Assembly: GCA_047967505.1 (NCBI GenBank)
Contig: CM106538.1
DNA from: Dipteris shenzhenensis
Taxonomy: Eukaryota
Reading direction: 5' to 3' (one strand)
Length of the DNA stretch: 64,000 nt
Shown: positions 22,792 to 36,496 of the stretch, one piece after another
Layout of the letters: the number at the start of each line of letters is the position of its first letter
How positions within the stretch are numbered: position 1 is the first letter of the stretch
The notes under the pieces: model-generated
Told to the model about the DNA's origin: nothing
Databases searched by the model: none
Seen by the model: the letters and a program-made list of their open reading frames with translations, nothing else
Translations under genes and position numbers: made by a program

Positions 22792-25215
22792 ATGGCAAGC
22801 TTGTGGGACGATGATCGCGCTTTGCTGGAGGCCTTCGTGGGGTCGCAGTATGAAAATACCCTGTGGCTTGAATCAGAACAATCCATACCTGTTGCCGGCA
22901 CTGGCGCCATCGAAGATAGCCTTCCCCAACGGCTTCAAGCCATTGTGGACAATTCTCCACAGAGCTGGACTTATGCCATCTTCTGGCAGCTCACGTACTC
23001 GAACAATGGAGAGCAGGTTCTGGGTTGGGGAGATGGGTACTTCAATCCCAAAGAGGTCGAGCAAAGCGATCGTGCAAGGCAGATGGCAGCGAGCGAAGTG
23101 GATCAGCAGCGGAGGAGAATTCTGCGAGAGCTTCAATCTCTAGTTGGCGGGGATGACTCCACAACGGCAGGACTGGATCTGGAAGCCGATGTGACGGACA
23201 CGGAGTGGTTCTACTTGGTGTCGATGATCTACTCGTGCCCCCTTGGTACAGGAACACTTGGGCTGGCTTACGCGACCTCGCGATATCTCTGGCTCAGAGG
23301 TTCTGATCAAACCCAGAAACGCGATTGCCAAAGGGCTGAGCTTGCGCAGAAATTCGGCATTCGCACAATTCTCTGTGTGCCAACCTTAACTGGCGTCGTA
23401 GAGCTCGGATCCACCGATTTGATCGACGAAAATGTGAGCTTTGTGCACTACGTAAAGAATGCCTTTTCCGATCCTTCATGGGATGATCCTTCGACCTTGT
23501 TTCCGAAAGGCGATGTCTCTTTCTTGCCCAGCCCTGTCCATGGCTTCTCTTCGGCAATCTCTGACGCTCTACCCAGCTCTGCCTTCCCCGGACATCTGTC
23601 TAGCTCCGTTAATGGGCTTGCTTCGAGCCAAATTTCCAGGAACTCCACACCGCCGAGGATGCAAGAATTCGACTCCTTTTCAGCAAAAAAAAGGCCACTA
23701 TCAACTGGTGGCAATGAAGCAGAGTCTATGCAGGGGATGTTTTCAAAGGTACCTTCGTATTCTGATATGATGTTCTCGGGAAACGAGGCAGATAGATTTT
23801 TACCAATGGCATGGCCTTCGCCCCTTCAGAAGCTGGGCGGGGGTGAGGAGGACATGTTAATTGCGATGAGTGATACGAAGGCCGCACATTCTGAAAGCTC
23901 GCTCTTGACTCAGAGAAGCGAGGTAGGAGACACGGCCAAGTATCCAGAACATAGGCGACTCACTCCTGATCTGCAAAGCTGCAACCAGGTGACAAGGTGC
24001 CCGGATGTTCAGAGGTACAGCCAATCTGCTGCAAACTTTCCTGAGATACAGAACTACAACCATCCGGGGAAGCCTCCTGAAGTTCACATCTACGACGACA
24101 CCGCTGTTCACGCACCTGCTGCACTTGGCTACTGCGACACTATAAATGCCCCAGACATGCAGAGCTTTAGCAGCTTCATGAAAGCGCCAGCTGTTCAAGG
24201 ATACAGTCATCCAGTGAAAGTATTAGAAGTCCAAAGTTATAGCCAGGGTTCAAAGGTGTCGGAGATGCAAGGCTACAAAGTTAATTCAAAGGCCCCTGAA
24301 GTTCAAAATAGCGTTGTAAACCCTTCTCAAAACTTGAGCTGTAGTCACCCCACGAAGAGCTCCTCCACTTTTGAGGAAGTAAGAGTGCTAGCAATAAGCA
24401 AGCAGACTAGAGAAGATAAATTTAAAGGGGGTTTCCCTCATGAAGACAGCTTGTCACTCCCAGTCCATGCAGCTTTACGCTCCAGTGTGGAATCAGAACA
24501 TTCAGATGTGGAGGCGTCCTTTAAGGAAGCAGAGTGCAGTGAGGCAGTGCAGGAGAGGAAGCCTCGGAAGAGGGGCAGGAAGCCTGCAAATGGTAGAGAG
24601 GAGCCTTTGAATCATGTCGAGGCTGAGCGCCAAAGGAGAGAGAAGCTGAATCAACGTTTCTATGCTTTAAGGGCTGTGGTTCCGAATGTGTCTAAGATGG
24701 ATAAAGCTTCATTGCTAAATGACGCTGTATCTTATATCAATGAGCTTAGGTGCAAGGTACAAGATCTGGAGATTGAAAAGAAAAACCTAGTCACCCAATT
24801 AGAGGCAAGTAAAAAGGAAATGATTTCTCCGGCTGTTACCTCTGCAGTGTTTCAAAATTCTGATCATGGAGAGCCTTCTATGTGGAGTGTAATAAAAGAA
24901 CAGAGCAGCTGCACTACAGTCGATGCAAAAGGCAGCAATGCAGTTCCATGTTCACGCTGCAGAATGGCAGTTAAAGTACATATTTGTCGAAAGGAAGCCA
25001 TGGTTCGTGTTGAAAGCCCAAGAGAAAGTCATCCTGTTGGCAGGGTTATGGCAGTGTTGCAAGAGCTCCAACTTCAAGTTCATCATGCAAACACGTCCAC
25101 AGTCCAAAATATGGTTTGTCAGACAATACTTGTCAGGATGAGGGGTCCTAATTTTTTCACGGAAGACCAGCTCATAGCTGCTATCTCAAGAAGAGCACTT
25201 GACTGCACTTGCTGA
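22792..25215 (+). CDS. MYC2: MYC2-like bHLH transcription factor (clade IIId/e), intronless, 807 aa
   Basis: bHLH-MYC_N/JID domain (LPQRLQ...SWTYAIFWQ...LGWGDGY...[13 protein letters not shown]...GVVELGST), [60 protein letters not shown], and a C-terminal ACT-like domain. Confidence 0.95.
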   Translation: MASLWDDDRALLEAFVGSQYENTLWLESEQSIPVAGTGAIEDSLPQRLQAIVDNSPQSWTYAIFWQLTYSNNGEQVLGWGDGYFNPKEVEQSDRARQMAASEVDQQRRRILRELQSLVGGDDSTTAGLDLEADVTDTEWFYLVSMIYSCPLGTGTLGLAYATSRYLWLRGSDQTQKRDCQRAELAQKFGIRTILCVPTLTGVVELGSTDLIDENVSFVHYVKNAFSDPSWDDPSTLFPKGDVSFLPSPVHGFSSAISDALPSSAFPGHLSSSVNGLASSQISRNSTPPRMQEFDSFSAKKRPLSTGGNEAESMQGMFSKVPSYSDMMFSGNEADRFLPMAWPSPLQKLGGGEEDMLIAMSDTKAAHSESSLLTQRSEVGDTAKYPEHRRLTPDLQSCNQVTRCPDVQRYSQSAANFPEIQNYNHPGKPPEVHIYDDTAVHAPAALGYCDTINAPDMQSFSSFMKAPAVQGYSHPVKVLEVQSYSQGSKVSEMQGYKVNSKAPEVQNSVVNPSQNLSCSHPTKSSSTFEEVRVLAISKQTREDKFKGGFPHEDSLSLPVHAALRSSVESEHSDVEASFKEAECSEAVQERKPRKRGRKPANGREEPLNHVEAERQRREKLNQRFYALRAVVPNVSKMDKASLLNDAVSYINELRCKVQDLEIEKKNLVTQLEASKKEMISPAVTSAVFQNSDHGEPSMWSVIKEQSSCTTVDAKGSNAVPCSRCRMAVKVHICRKEAMVRVESPRESHPVGRVMAVLQELQLQVHHANTSTVQNMVCQTILVRMRGPNFFTEDQLIAAISRRALDCTC

Positions 25216-26956
25216 GACAATGGCATCCTAAGATGATAACACATATCTAAGAAGGTGATTAGAATGAGTATCCGAGGCCAACAACAGAAGCACTTGCATG
25301 TCAGGCTGGAGCTATGATAAACTGTCTGTGAAACTTTTTGAAAGATATTATTAGATTCAGAAAGCAGATTTCATAGCTATCAGGCTACATTGTACTCCTA
25401 AGACAAGTCTCTAATTTCTAGTAGTTGTAAAATGCAAAGAGTTGTAGAAGCACGATCATCTGCATCTTTAAACATTTTTAAGCTGAGCAAGTTTCCATTC
25501 CACACAATTTACAAAATACTGTAAAGGGGATAAAGGAGATGTGGAAGGGTGTTGCTATTATTATGCAGCTGTTATTTTGCCAGTCCCATATGAAAAATAA
25601 CTCCTACTCACCATGGACATCTCCTCTTGCTCATGCTTAGTGTTGTCATGCAGGCCCTCTTCCCGTATCACTGCCACCTAGCCTGAATCATCAAAGCCTG
25701 AACTGGAGTTTAGATATAGAGCTCTACTAGGACCAAACATAACCATGGCTAATTTTCCTGTTTGGGGAGTTTATACTCGCAGTAGGGTAGAGTCTGTTAT
25801 GCTATTTCAACAGGGATTGGAATTGGCCACACGCCATCTGCCTTCCACATCACCTGACCATATTGCATGATCATGGGCTTATTACTGGCTGTCATGGACT
25901 GATGGTGATGATGGGCTTGGCTTGCTACTGACTGTTATGGATTGGAATACAAGCAATATAATAATAAAAGATACTCCAAATGAAAGCACGTTCTCTATTA
26001 ACAACTTAACCTCCAGTAACTTTTCTATGCTGCTTATCCTTTGCATAGCAGCGTGCTTTATCATTGTGTGAGCTATGAAAATGTTGAATATAGATCTCTT
26101 TGTGCTTTGTCGATGATAAGACTAGCTAACTAATGAAGGATCAGATGACAGTCAAACTCGGTAGAACCATCATCTGGACAAGGTCTAGTGCATTCACTTA
26201 TGGGCATATTTGCACACATTTGGTGCCTGGCGGATGGATTTTAGACCAGACTTCAATGCAGATCGGGTTGGATTGCTATTAAAGGGGGAGCAAGAGCATG
26301 AGCCAATAACTGGTGATATGCATGAGGAACTGCCATGGCATGAACTCTCAATGGAATTGGTAAACGTGGTGCATTACCCCCTCGCCAATGTGAGCATAAA
26401 CCTTGAAGCAATCCAAGAATCAGTTAAGAGGCCATAGCCCTATGTGAAGCGCATACATGCACGTTGTATACGATTCTGACCCCAATAGCCACACGTTTTG
26501 ACTGTCAGGACATCGCAGTGGGTGTCTAGCAATTGATCCAAAGTGCCCATGCGGTGCAGGTAATCAATGGCCTTCATTTCATAATAGATCATAGCTTCTA
26601 CTTCATGTTCTCAGCCCTGTGGGCAGCCGGGATTCATGATCTTTTCTGATTCTACATGTTCAACAGCCTTTCTGCCAGTTGACAATGTGGCCAACTATGG
26701 CAATCTCAGATAAAGTGTGATTAACATCCATGTAGCAGCTTCAGATAGTGATTGGCTGGCAGCTTGAGATACTGTTTGGCCGACACACTATTGTGTAGGT
26801 GAGTCCAATATGAAATAGTCCTACTCACCATTGACATCTCCTCTTTGCTTGAGCTTTACTGTGAACTAACAGTCAAAACATACAAACCATTGAAAACGCT
26901 ACCCATTGATGAACTTTGCATGCTGCATGCATAATAGGTTAATGGATATGGTTACA

Positions 26957-27696
26957 CTGAAACCAGACTTCAGATAAACTAAAGGGCGGTGAATAAATAT
27001 TAACCAGCAAGTACTACTGTTTCTGCCACTTAGAGAAAACTTTCAGCAACACAAACAGAACATCGAATGCACAACGGGGAGCTAGATTGCTCCTGCACAC
27101 AAACCAGACACCAGATTGGCCCCAAACCTTGGCGCCCCTTTTGGTAGTTATTTATTTCTTTATTCAGAAGGCAAAATTACAGCAAAGCTAAATGCCCTTG
27201 CACATGTCCAAACATAGCCCAAATGAATCTCAACACTGGCAAGCACAAGCAACCTGCTACTCAGCCAATCCTTGGCTTAAAAAGGCATCCAAATCTAGTG
27301 CATGATACATGGCCAACAGTTCCAAAAATCCCATCAATACCTACAAGGTAGAATCACCCTTTTCATGGCTGTCCAAGCATCAATCCCTCAGACACACAAA
27401 GATTGCACACAGCCTGGAGCTGTTACTAGCAGCCCGACTCAGCCACAACTCTCACAGGTTGTTACTAGTGCCAAACCCTCCTGGGGATGCTCTAGCTGAC
27501 AGGGAAAAGAAAGCGACTCTCCATGTAACCTGCCTGATAGAGAATTCTGGAAGCAACTCTGTTGTTGTTCGGAGAAGCACACAACACCTTGCTTAGGCCC
27601 ATGGAATTAATACATTGGATTAGCTCTTTTTACAATTCTAATCTATAAGAGGCCAAAGCTACTCACAGGTCTAGAAAATTTGGAGTCCCCATGACA
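26957..27696 (-). repeat. LTR (probable 3' LTR of the gypsy element)
   Basis: Begins TGTCATGGG on the minus strand directly after a polypurine tract (~27698-27710). 26957-27500 is homologous to 33555-34087. Confidence 0.7.
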
Positions 27697-27764
27697 TACC
27701 CCTCTCTTGAAACCTTGGCTAAACAATCTCGTTTTGCACTCAAGAACTGTAGTACATGAACAAA

Positions 27765-28355
27765 AGCGTCGCAGAACGAACCAGGCATAACCAACATTGC
27801 AAAATGAGCAATGAATAACCGAAGTTGCAGAACAAGCAACGCATAACTAACATTGTAGAATGAGCAATGCATAACTAGCAGTGCATAATGAGTAGAGCAT
27901 AACTAGCATTGAATAACCAGCATTGCAGAACGAGCAACCTATAACCAACGTTGCAAAACGAGCAATGACTAACCAGCATTGCAGAATGAGCAACACATAG
28001 CTAACAGTGCATAAACAGCATTGCAGAACAAGCAACACATAACCAACATTGGAGAACGAGCAACGCATAACTAACATTGGAGAACGAGCAACGCATAAGC
28101 AGCAGTGCATAACGAGCAATGCATAACCAATATTGGAGAACGAGCAACGCATAACTAACATTGGAGAACGAGCAACGCATAAGCAGCAGTGCATAACGAG
28201 CAATGCATAACCAACTTTGAAAAACAAGCTATGAATAACTAGCATTGTAGAACGAGCAACACATAACCAACATTGCAGAACGAGCAATGAATGGCCAGCA
28301 TTGCAGAACGAGCAACTCATAACTAACATTACAGAACAAGCAATGCATAACCAGT
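27765..28355. repeat. Tandem repeat (~28-bp gcagaacgagcaacgcataaccaacatt family) in the gypsy 3' region
   Basis: About 20 degenerate units. Confidence 0.9.
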
Positions 28356-31300
28356 CGTGCATATATAATTCTATAGAGCTCGAAATACAAGCCATATACT
28401 AGTGCATATCAACAATGTCTAGTAAACTGATCATAGAAGTCCCATGGCAGATATACCGTGAGCAAGCGGTACCTTGGGTGAGACATGAAGTGCCACGAAG
28501 TGACTTCTAGATAACTAAGCCTCTCTGTACCGAGGGAGTGGAGGTGCTACCCCCTCTTGAGCATTAGGCAATGATCCAGTATACTTGTGCTTTGTTGAGC
28601 CTGAAGAGCCACAACCGAAGTCGGCTCAAGATGAAAAGCCTCCATGTAGAGATGCAATAACTGCTCATCCTCCTCCATCCACCTCGCATTCAATGGTGAA
28701 TAGTTACGAAACTTTACCAAATAGCGATGGGAAACTCTACCTCGGACTTTTCTTTTACTATGTGCCAAGATCTATTCTTGAACCAAGATCTCATCTAGTT
28801 CCTCTACCTCTCGTTGTTCCTCATAAGGCATATTTTCTAGCACATCACCATCAAATGGCTTTAGGAGACTCACATGAAAGGCATTGTGAATCCTCCAATG
28901 ATCTGGTAGCTTCAGCTTGTACATCACTAATCTTCTGCAAGACCTAAAAGGGTCCATGGTATCTCATAGTGAGCTTGGCATACACCTTGTTTTGACCCTT
29001 CCGAGTTGTCAACCTTGCTTTCTAGAAACCCAAAAGAACCATACAATCTCGGCAAATATTGATTCACGGCAGTGCTTTTTAGCGGTTTTATTTGCTTTTC
29101 CAGAGTCCTTTGGAGAGCTAATTTGATCTTCTTATATGCCTCATCCAAATCCTCCACATACTTGTCCACCTCAAAGATTTTATCCTTCGTATGCAAAATG
29201 GGTTGGACTTTCCTCCCGCCTTCCATAATTTCAAATGGAGCCTTACCTATGGAAGTATGCATTATATTGTTATAAGAAAACTCTGCCAGTGGCAAATCCA
29301 ATTCCCATTTTGCTTTATGATATGAGACATAACACCTCAAAAGATCAAGGATAGTGGAATTTGCTATTTAGACTGCCCATCTGTTTGTGGATGAAAAGAA
29401 GATGAGAAATTCAACATGGTGTCCATATTTTCAAAGAGTCCTCTTCAGAATAGAGTCACCATGCGTGGATCTCTGTCACTAATGATAGACCGGGACATCC
29501 CATGGTATTTTAATATATTTTTCATGAATGACTTTGCCAATTGATCTTCTGTAATTTTCTTCCTCACCAGAATGAAATGGGCCTGCTTACTAGTTACAAA
29601 TTATAGTCCATATACCATCATGTCCTATTGGTGTTCGAGGAAGATAAAAAATACAATCCATGGCAATGATCTCCCAATGTCTATCAGAATAGGCAATAGC
29701 TGTACCAATCCTCCCGGTGTCTTTTGCTGGTCATACTTGATGTTATGGCAAATGGTGCATGTCCTAACATAAGCCTAATATCCCATCTCAAAGCTGGTCA
29801 GTAAAAGAAATGCTCGATTGCTTTCATTGTGGCATCAATACCTCTGTGCCCTGCATACGCTAGAGCATGACTTTCAGTAATAACCTTAGGCTTCAACTGC
29901 TTTGTGACACAAAGACGACCATGCATTATAACAAAACAATCTTTGAGAGTATAATGCTCATGCCTCTTTCCATCAGATAGCTTGTCATACTGTCCAAAAT
30001 CCTCATCCCCTCCAGATCGTTCCTTCATGGCATCCATCTCATTATGATATGCAATAGTGACAATTGAAACGTGAGATTTGTTTGACATTGCATCAGGCAT
30101 TGGTTTCCTCAATAATGCATCAGCAACAACATTCTTATTGCCTGGTGCATGCACTATCTGAAAATGGAACATAGACAAAAAATTTCCCAACATATATGTT
30201 TCTCTGCTAGCTTTTGCTAAGTGAGAAAGTATCTCAAAGAGGATGATTTGTCTAGATATAAAAGTCAGCACCAAGCAAATAGTGCTTCTACGTAGAAAGA
30301 GAATGAATTATAGCCAACATCTCTTTCTCATAAACCTGAAAAGCTATAGCACTCTACTCTCATAAGCAACCACATGTTCATCTTGCATAAGAACCCCCCC
30401 AATAATATTCCCGCAGGCATCACACTAGACAGCAAAAGGTTTTTGAAGATCTGGCAAGATCAACACAAGATCGGAGCACAGACTTTCCTTCAGCTCTTCA
30501 AAAGTTGCAATTTCTTTTTCAGGCCATCTGAATGGCCTTCCCTTTTTTGCAATGCATATAGAGGTGAAGCAATCTTAGCAAAATAGCAGATGAACCTCCT
30601 ATAGTACGAGCATAATCCCAAAAAGCTCCATACTTCATGGACCGTTTTTAAATGTGGCCAAGATTGGATTGCCTCAACCTTAGTAGTGTCCATGTGCACT
30701 CCATCCTTAGATATGATGTGCCCTAAAAAGTGAATCTCATGCATGAAAAACTCACTTTTATTTGCACTAACAACCAACTTGTGCTTCTTCAGTTCTATGA
30801 ATGCAGCTACCAAAGGCTTTCTATGCTCTGCCTCATCTTTCAAGAACACTTTAATGTCATCGAAGAAAGTGCCCACGAAATAATTGTGCTCTCAAAAAAT
30901 TATGTCCATCATCCAATTGAAAGTGGCAAGGGCATTAGTAAGTCCAAATGGCATAACAAGGAACTCATACAAGCCAAAAGTGGTCCTGAAAGCTGTCTTG
31001 TGCATGTCTTCAGGCCATATACATATCTAATGGTACCCACTCTTAAGACTAAATCCCCCTAAATTATCCAAGATGTCATCTATTCATGGAATAGATAATC
31101 TATTCTTGGTGGTTGTCTTATTCGGTCCACAATAATCAATGCACATCCTCCATTAACCACCCTTTTTCTATATCAAGAGAATCGTTGAACAAAATGGAGA
31201 GAAACTAGACCAAATCAACCCCTATCTCATAATCTCCCCTTGTTGGGATTTACTTACTTTGTAAGGTGGTATGTCTTATATCAATGGCATGATCCTCAAG

Positions 31301-33554
31301 CATTTTTTATGGAAGTCCACATTTTATCCAGAAAAACAATCTTGAAATTGGAAAACAAAATTAGTCCACTTGCCCAAAATTTATATGAGAGGAAGTATCT
31401 TCTGGCTGTATTTCTTTTGCAAAAACCATATATGCATAATATGTTTTTTCTTACATAAGAAATAGCCAACGTGGATGCAATAGGGATATTGACTCTCCTT
31501 TGAGTTTAGCATGCAATTCATGAGTCTTGCCCCTATGTGTCAGAGTAATATTCCTACTAAAAAAGTCTACAATGACCCAAACACGATGGCACCATGACAT
31601 ACCCAACAATACACCACAACCACCCCAAGGCATGATAGAGAATTCTTCAAAATATGTATAGCTCTAAATGTGTAACCGAAGTTTTCCAATAATGGGAGTG
31701 ACCGGTACACACTGTCTTGGACAAGCCAAGCCTACTTCACTCAATGGCCCCATTTCCTCTACATGGATTCCAAGTTTACCCGCCAACTCTGGAGATATAA
31801 AATTTTCTTCAGCCCTTGGATCAAAGGAAATCAGACATTTAATCAAGCACTTTGCCCCATGCTCGGCATAGGTCTATGGCATCCATACTTGCTTGTTCAC
31901 TAATCACACCAGGCATCAATTCAGCAATGGGCTTGGACTTCCTGCCCCTCCTCATGCCCATCATTAGTAGGCACATTTCTTTTATGGTTTGGGCATTCTC
32001 TAGCTTGATGGACTTCTTCTTTGCAAAGAAAGAATTTATGAGCTTCCATTAAGGCTTTCTTTTCTTCAGTGGGGATAACCAATTAAAACTTGATTTATTA
32101 CACCTCAAACCTGCAACAAAAATAACCTTGGAAGGCTTGATGAATTTTTCTTTCTTTCTAAATTCATTTGTCTTACTACCTTTGAAGCCACTGAAAGAAC
32201 ATATGTTGTGTTGGCATACTTGATCTGTTGTGACATATTAGTCACCATAGTTTTAGTGAAATAATCTCAAATTTCTTTTGACAGCCCACAACAATACTTT
32301 TCAACTTGCTCAGACAATGGCACATGCCTATAAGAACTAACGGGTAACAAAGCTTCCCAGAATTTCTTATTGTACTCTTCCCAGTTATAGCAATTGTTTG
32401 CATCCAATTTATGCCAGGTTGTCATGATATCTATCTCAAAAGTGGTAGTCCATGCAGCTACTAAAAACACATATTCGAAACCAACCCAATTGACTAGCAC
32501 CCTACCCTACAAAAGCAAATTGGTCCACCATTGTAATGCGTTTCCCTTCAAGAAAGTGGCTGCCTTCTTGATTTTGGAAGACTTAGTAAAGTTTCCACTT
32601 GAATAGCTTGCATCACACTATTGGATAAAAGTTAGAGCCTTCAATGTATCTTGAAAACTATTAAAGGTCTCCAATTTCATGACTGCCCCAACTTCTTTGA
32701 AGTCTTTAAGTTTCCCCTTGGAGTCAAATTATCATATACCAGTGGTTGTAAAAGCAGAGGCTGCACAAAATTTACCTCATTTTGAGCACTTTTATTGCTA
32801 CTCGCCATGGGCTTACCATTCCAAATCCCCTTTCCTACATTGCTACTAGTACAGTCTCCCATATTACCATGCATCCAAGTCTACATTCCAAACTCCATTC
32901 CAATATTTCCATACATCATATTAGGCACTCCAGTTTTCATTCCTCCAAACATTTGTCCTTGAAAACCTTGCATACCAAGTTGAAAACTAGCAAGATAATA
33001 CCCAGGAATTCTACCACCTTGCATAGGCTATCCAACCATAGCTTGAGACATTGAATCTCCTTCAAAATATCCTGGATTCATAGAAGCTTGAGGACACAAT
33101 CTCACTGCCCTCGATTCATAAACTAGAAATTGTTTCGGTGACCATTCAAACTAGCACCAGTGCCAAAATCAGAATGTGGCATGGGAGCATCCTGTGCATA
33201 ATGCATAACTAACAGTTTATCACTAGGCCACTGGCTATAAGTTTTCTTCTTAGGCCTTGGAGGAGCACTAAGGAACTTTGCAAACCGTGCATCCTTAGTG
33301 AGTTGAGCTAGCATTCCCACGACACTTACCAAATCATGCTTTAAACATGACATCTACATCATCATCTTCTCTAGCCTCTTTGTCCACACCAGGCTAGGAT
33401 TGCTCTTCTTAGGAAGACTACAAATCTTCCTCCCAATCACTTTCCACATGTTTCTCTTAGCTGCAGATAAATTCCCACAAATAGTACTTGCCCTAGCAAC
33501 AACCACATGCTCACGTCTTCAGGATGATGGTGATATCTTGACAATGGAACCAAC

Positions 33555-34090
33555 TAAACCAGCCTTTAGATAAATTAAAGAGCAATGAATAAATCTTAAC
33601 CAGCAATTACTATTATTTCATCCACTTAGAGAATACTTTCAATAACATAAAGAGAACACAGAATCCACAATGGTGAGCTAGATTTCTCCTACAAAAAAAT
33701 CGAACACTCAATTGTCCCCAAAACTTGGCTCCCCTTTTGGTATTTCTTTATTTTCTAATTCACATTACAGCAAGGCTAAATTCCCTTGCACTTGTCCAAA
33801 CACAATCCAATAGAATCTCAACACTGGTAGGCTCAAATAACCTGTAGTTAGCCAATCAATGGCTCAAAAAGTCATCCAAATCCACAGCATAATCCATGGC
33901 CAACAGTTCCAAAAAATCCATTGACACCTACAAGGTAGAATCACCCCCCTCCTGGTTATCCAAGCATCAATCCCTCAAGGTTGCACACAACCCAGAGTTG
34001 TTACTAGAAGCTTTGACTCAGCCACACATCTCTCATAGGCTATTACTAGTGCCACCTTTGTTTCCCTCCTGGGGATACTCTAGTTGATAT
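33555..34090 (-). repeat. LTR-homologous segment (probable part of the 5' LTR)
   Basis: Colinear, diverged match to 26957-27500, e.g. ccaacagttccaaaaa...cctacaaggtagaatcaccc. Confidence 0.75.
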
Positions 34091-35059
34091 TAACCTTTTG
34101 AAACGTTTTCAAATGTTTCAATACAGATGAAACAGATTTCATTTTGACTATACAATTCTCTCCCTTACAGCTCTCCCCTAGAGCCTATGACACCTCAAAT
34201 AGGGAGACAATGCAACCTAACTAGTCTATGTACTCAAATCCAAAAGCATGGGGCCAACACAATCCAACTCGGCTATGATCTCAAAAGCGTAATAATAAAT
34301 ATAGAGTTAAAGAAAATAAGTTTTCCAAAAAGATAAAACATTTAAGTTACAAATCTAATTACAAGGGAATTTCCACTACCCAAAGGATAACATGAGAGAC
34401 ACATTTACCCAAGGAAAGTCTAAGAGTGCAATTGGTGCCATGGATTGCATATTCATGTAATCACATGATTTTTCTTGTGATTATGTGTCGTGATGAAATA
34501 TTTCATGCATTCATGATTACAATCATGGATTTACACTATCAAGTGGCCTTGACCTGGAAACCGGATAATACTGGTGGTAATAGAAACACTATCGGTGCTA
34601 TCTTGGTACCGGCGGTAGATATAATAGTACAATCGGTAGTGTGACACATTATTACTGGTAGTAGTAGTAACCATACCCCCAGTATTTTTACTACCGCCCA
34701 TAGTTTAAGTATAACCACTGGTAGTAGTAACACAACTGGTGGTATTATGATTCTTACCGCTAGTGGTAATACTGCTATCGGTGGTAATCCTTAAACTACC
34801 AACCGTAGTACTACTGCCCCAAAATATATGCCAACCGCCGGTTTCATTTTCTACTAACAGTGGATTGAGAAGAGGTATCTTCCTGTCTCCTGTCTCCAAG
34901 TCTTGGCTGAGGGTCTTGGTCCAGGAAGTGGTTCCTAGTCCCACGTCCTAAATAGGATGGGGGGCTAGTTGGAACCATGACCTAGAACTAGGTTTCCTTG
35001 GCCCTCCACATAAGGGGGGGGGATTTTAATCAAAATTTTTAAGAAATTATCTTGCATTT

Positions 35060-35210
35060 CTTGCATGCATGCATTGAAAGAATCATTTGTTGCATGCGTG
35101 CATTAAAAAAAATCATTTGTTGTGTGCGTGCAATGACATAATCATTTGTTGCATGCGTGTAGTGAAAGGATCACTTGTTGCATGCACTGAATAAATCATT
35201 TGCATTTCAT
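35060..35210 (+). repeat. ~30-bp tandem array (aatcatttgttgcatgcgtgca) upstream of kinase 2
   Basis: 4-5 copies sharing a TGTTGCA core. Confidence 0.8.
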
Positions 35211-35352
35211 GTAATTAAAAAAATTAAGAATGCATAGGCTGGGAGTTATTGTCAGATGTCTGCCTGCTCACTATTATGTGACAACTACATGTATTTGCTA
35301 GTGTCAAGCAAGAAAGCTTTCCGCACACACACATCAAGATCTAATCGCAAGC

Positions 35353-36496
35353 ATGGCCTCAACCGTCGGCACTAAGCGAAAAGTAGGGGAAGAGCTAAGT
35401 AACGGCGAGTGCATGAGAGTGATGAGAAGCATTTGGGATGCTTTTTTTATTAGGATGTGCAGACTACGTCACAGGGAGGAAGATTCAAGTTGGTGAGAAA
35501 ATCAGCTCAGGATCCTATGGCACTGTTTTGAAAGTGCGGTTGGTAGGAGCTGCAGCGTTGCCATATCACATGGAATATGTTGGAAAGAAGTACAAGGGAA
35601 ATATTGGGACACATACACGAGAAGCAAGGAGAGAACAACTCATACAGATTTTACACCCAGTCCTTATACGTGTGATCGCAGCAACCCAAGAAGAGCCACT
35701 GTGGACCATCACACCATACTTTAATGGTGGTAGCTTGTTGCAATTCCTTCAAATTTTGCCAATGGACCAGGGCAGGTTCACATGCTACTTCCACCATGTT
35801 CTCAGAGGAGGAGCGAATCTAATGGCCACAACAAGTCCTGGGGAAGTCCTAGCTACATTGGAGAAGGAAGATGTTGCTCGAATCAATGTCTTTTGTGAGA
35901 ATGTCCTCCATATCATCTATGCACTTGTGGATGGTTTGGGAACGCTGCACACAAGAAGGTGGATGGACATAGACCTACACCCAGGCAACATCTTATTGGA
36001 TTTTATTAGAAAGTCCAGATGGCGAGTAGGCATCATAGACTGGGGGATGGCCATGGACTTCTCAAAGAGTCGAAAGGAATTCAAGCATCTGAAGAAGCAG
36101 TCTTTGGAGACAGATGCCGAGTTTGCTGAGAGAGTTTGTAGGAAAGAGGAAGAGCATGGGTGGAAAAAGTGGCTTGCACCAGAGCTACAAGAAGTAGTCT
36201 TAAGAGGAAGATATACATGCCATGCAGATACCTATGCATTAGGATGGATCATTGTTGAGATGATTAAATTTTTTGAAGATGCCTGGGGCTATCTTGAGAA
36301 TGATTGAAAAATGCCTCCCTCTCATGTTATTAATGCCATTAAGCATCATGCGCATGAACAAATGATGCATCGCATTGCCGATCAAAGAAAGCCACCTGTA
36401 GAGACCGATGATATCTTAAAGAGAGTAGAATTTGAGGGACAGTTGGCTATGAGGCCTATGGAAGAGATGACTCTTGCCCTTAGGCTTGCAACATGA
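35353..36496 (+). pseudogene. Atypical protein kinase, same family as 11201-13010
   Basis: ATG 35353 (MASTVGTKRK), frameshift near 35440, then ISSGSYGTV, YVGKKY, HPVLIRVI, PYFNGGSL, DIDLHPGNILL, IIDWGMA, WLAPEL, HADTYALG. TGA at 36305, with in-frame continuation 36311-36496. Confidence 0.88.

Larger units (their letters stand above)
26957..34090 (-). mobile_element. Degenerate chromodomain-bearing Ty3/gypsy LTR retrotransposon
   Basis: Minus-strand order: gag (~33350-32100), protease (FDPRAEENFIS, ~31800), RT (FFDDI, FLGHIIS), RNase H (GNKNVVADAL), integrase (GHRG; WELDLPLAEFSYN; IHNAFHVSLLK), chromodomain (YLVKFRNYSPLNARW, 28547-28768). Flanked by related LTRs. Confidence 0.9.

Noticed and set aside
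22649-23143. Overlapping upstream ORF on MYC2
   Set aside because: GTG start, alternative frame of a GC-rich coding region, no recognisable motif.
27847-28395. 182-aa Cys-rich ORF
   Set aside because: Translation of a tandem repeat.
34410-35000. MITE with CAAGGAAA / GAAACCGG inverted ends as the terminus of hAT copy 2
   Set aside because: The inverted matches are only ~8 bp and no TSD is present.
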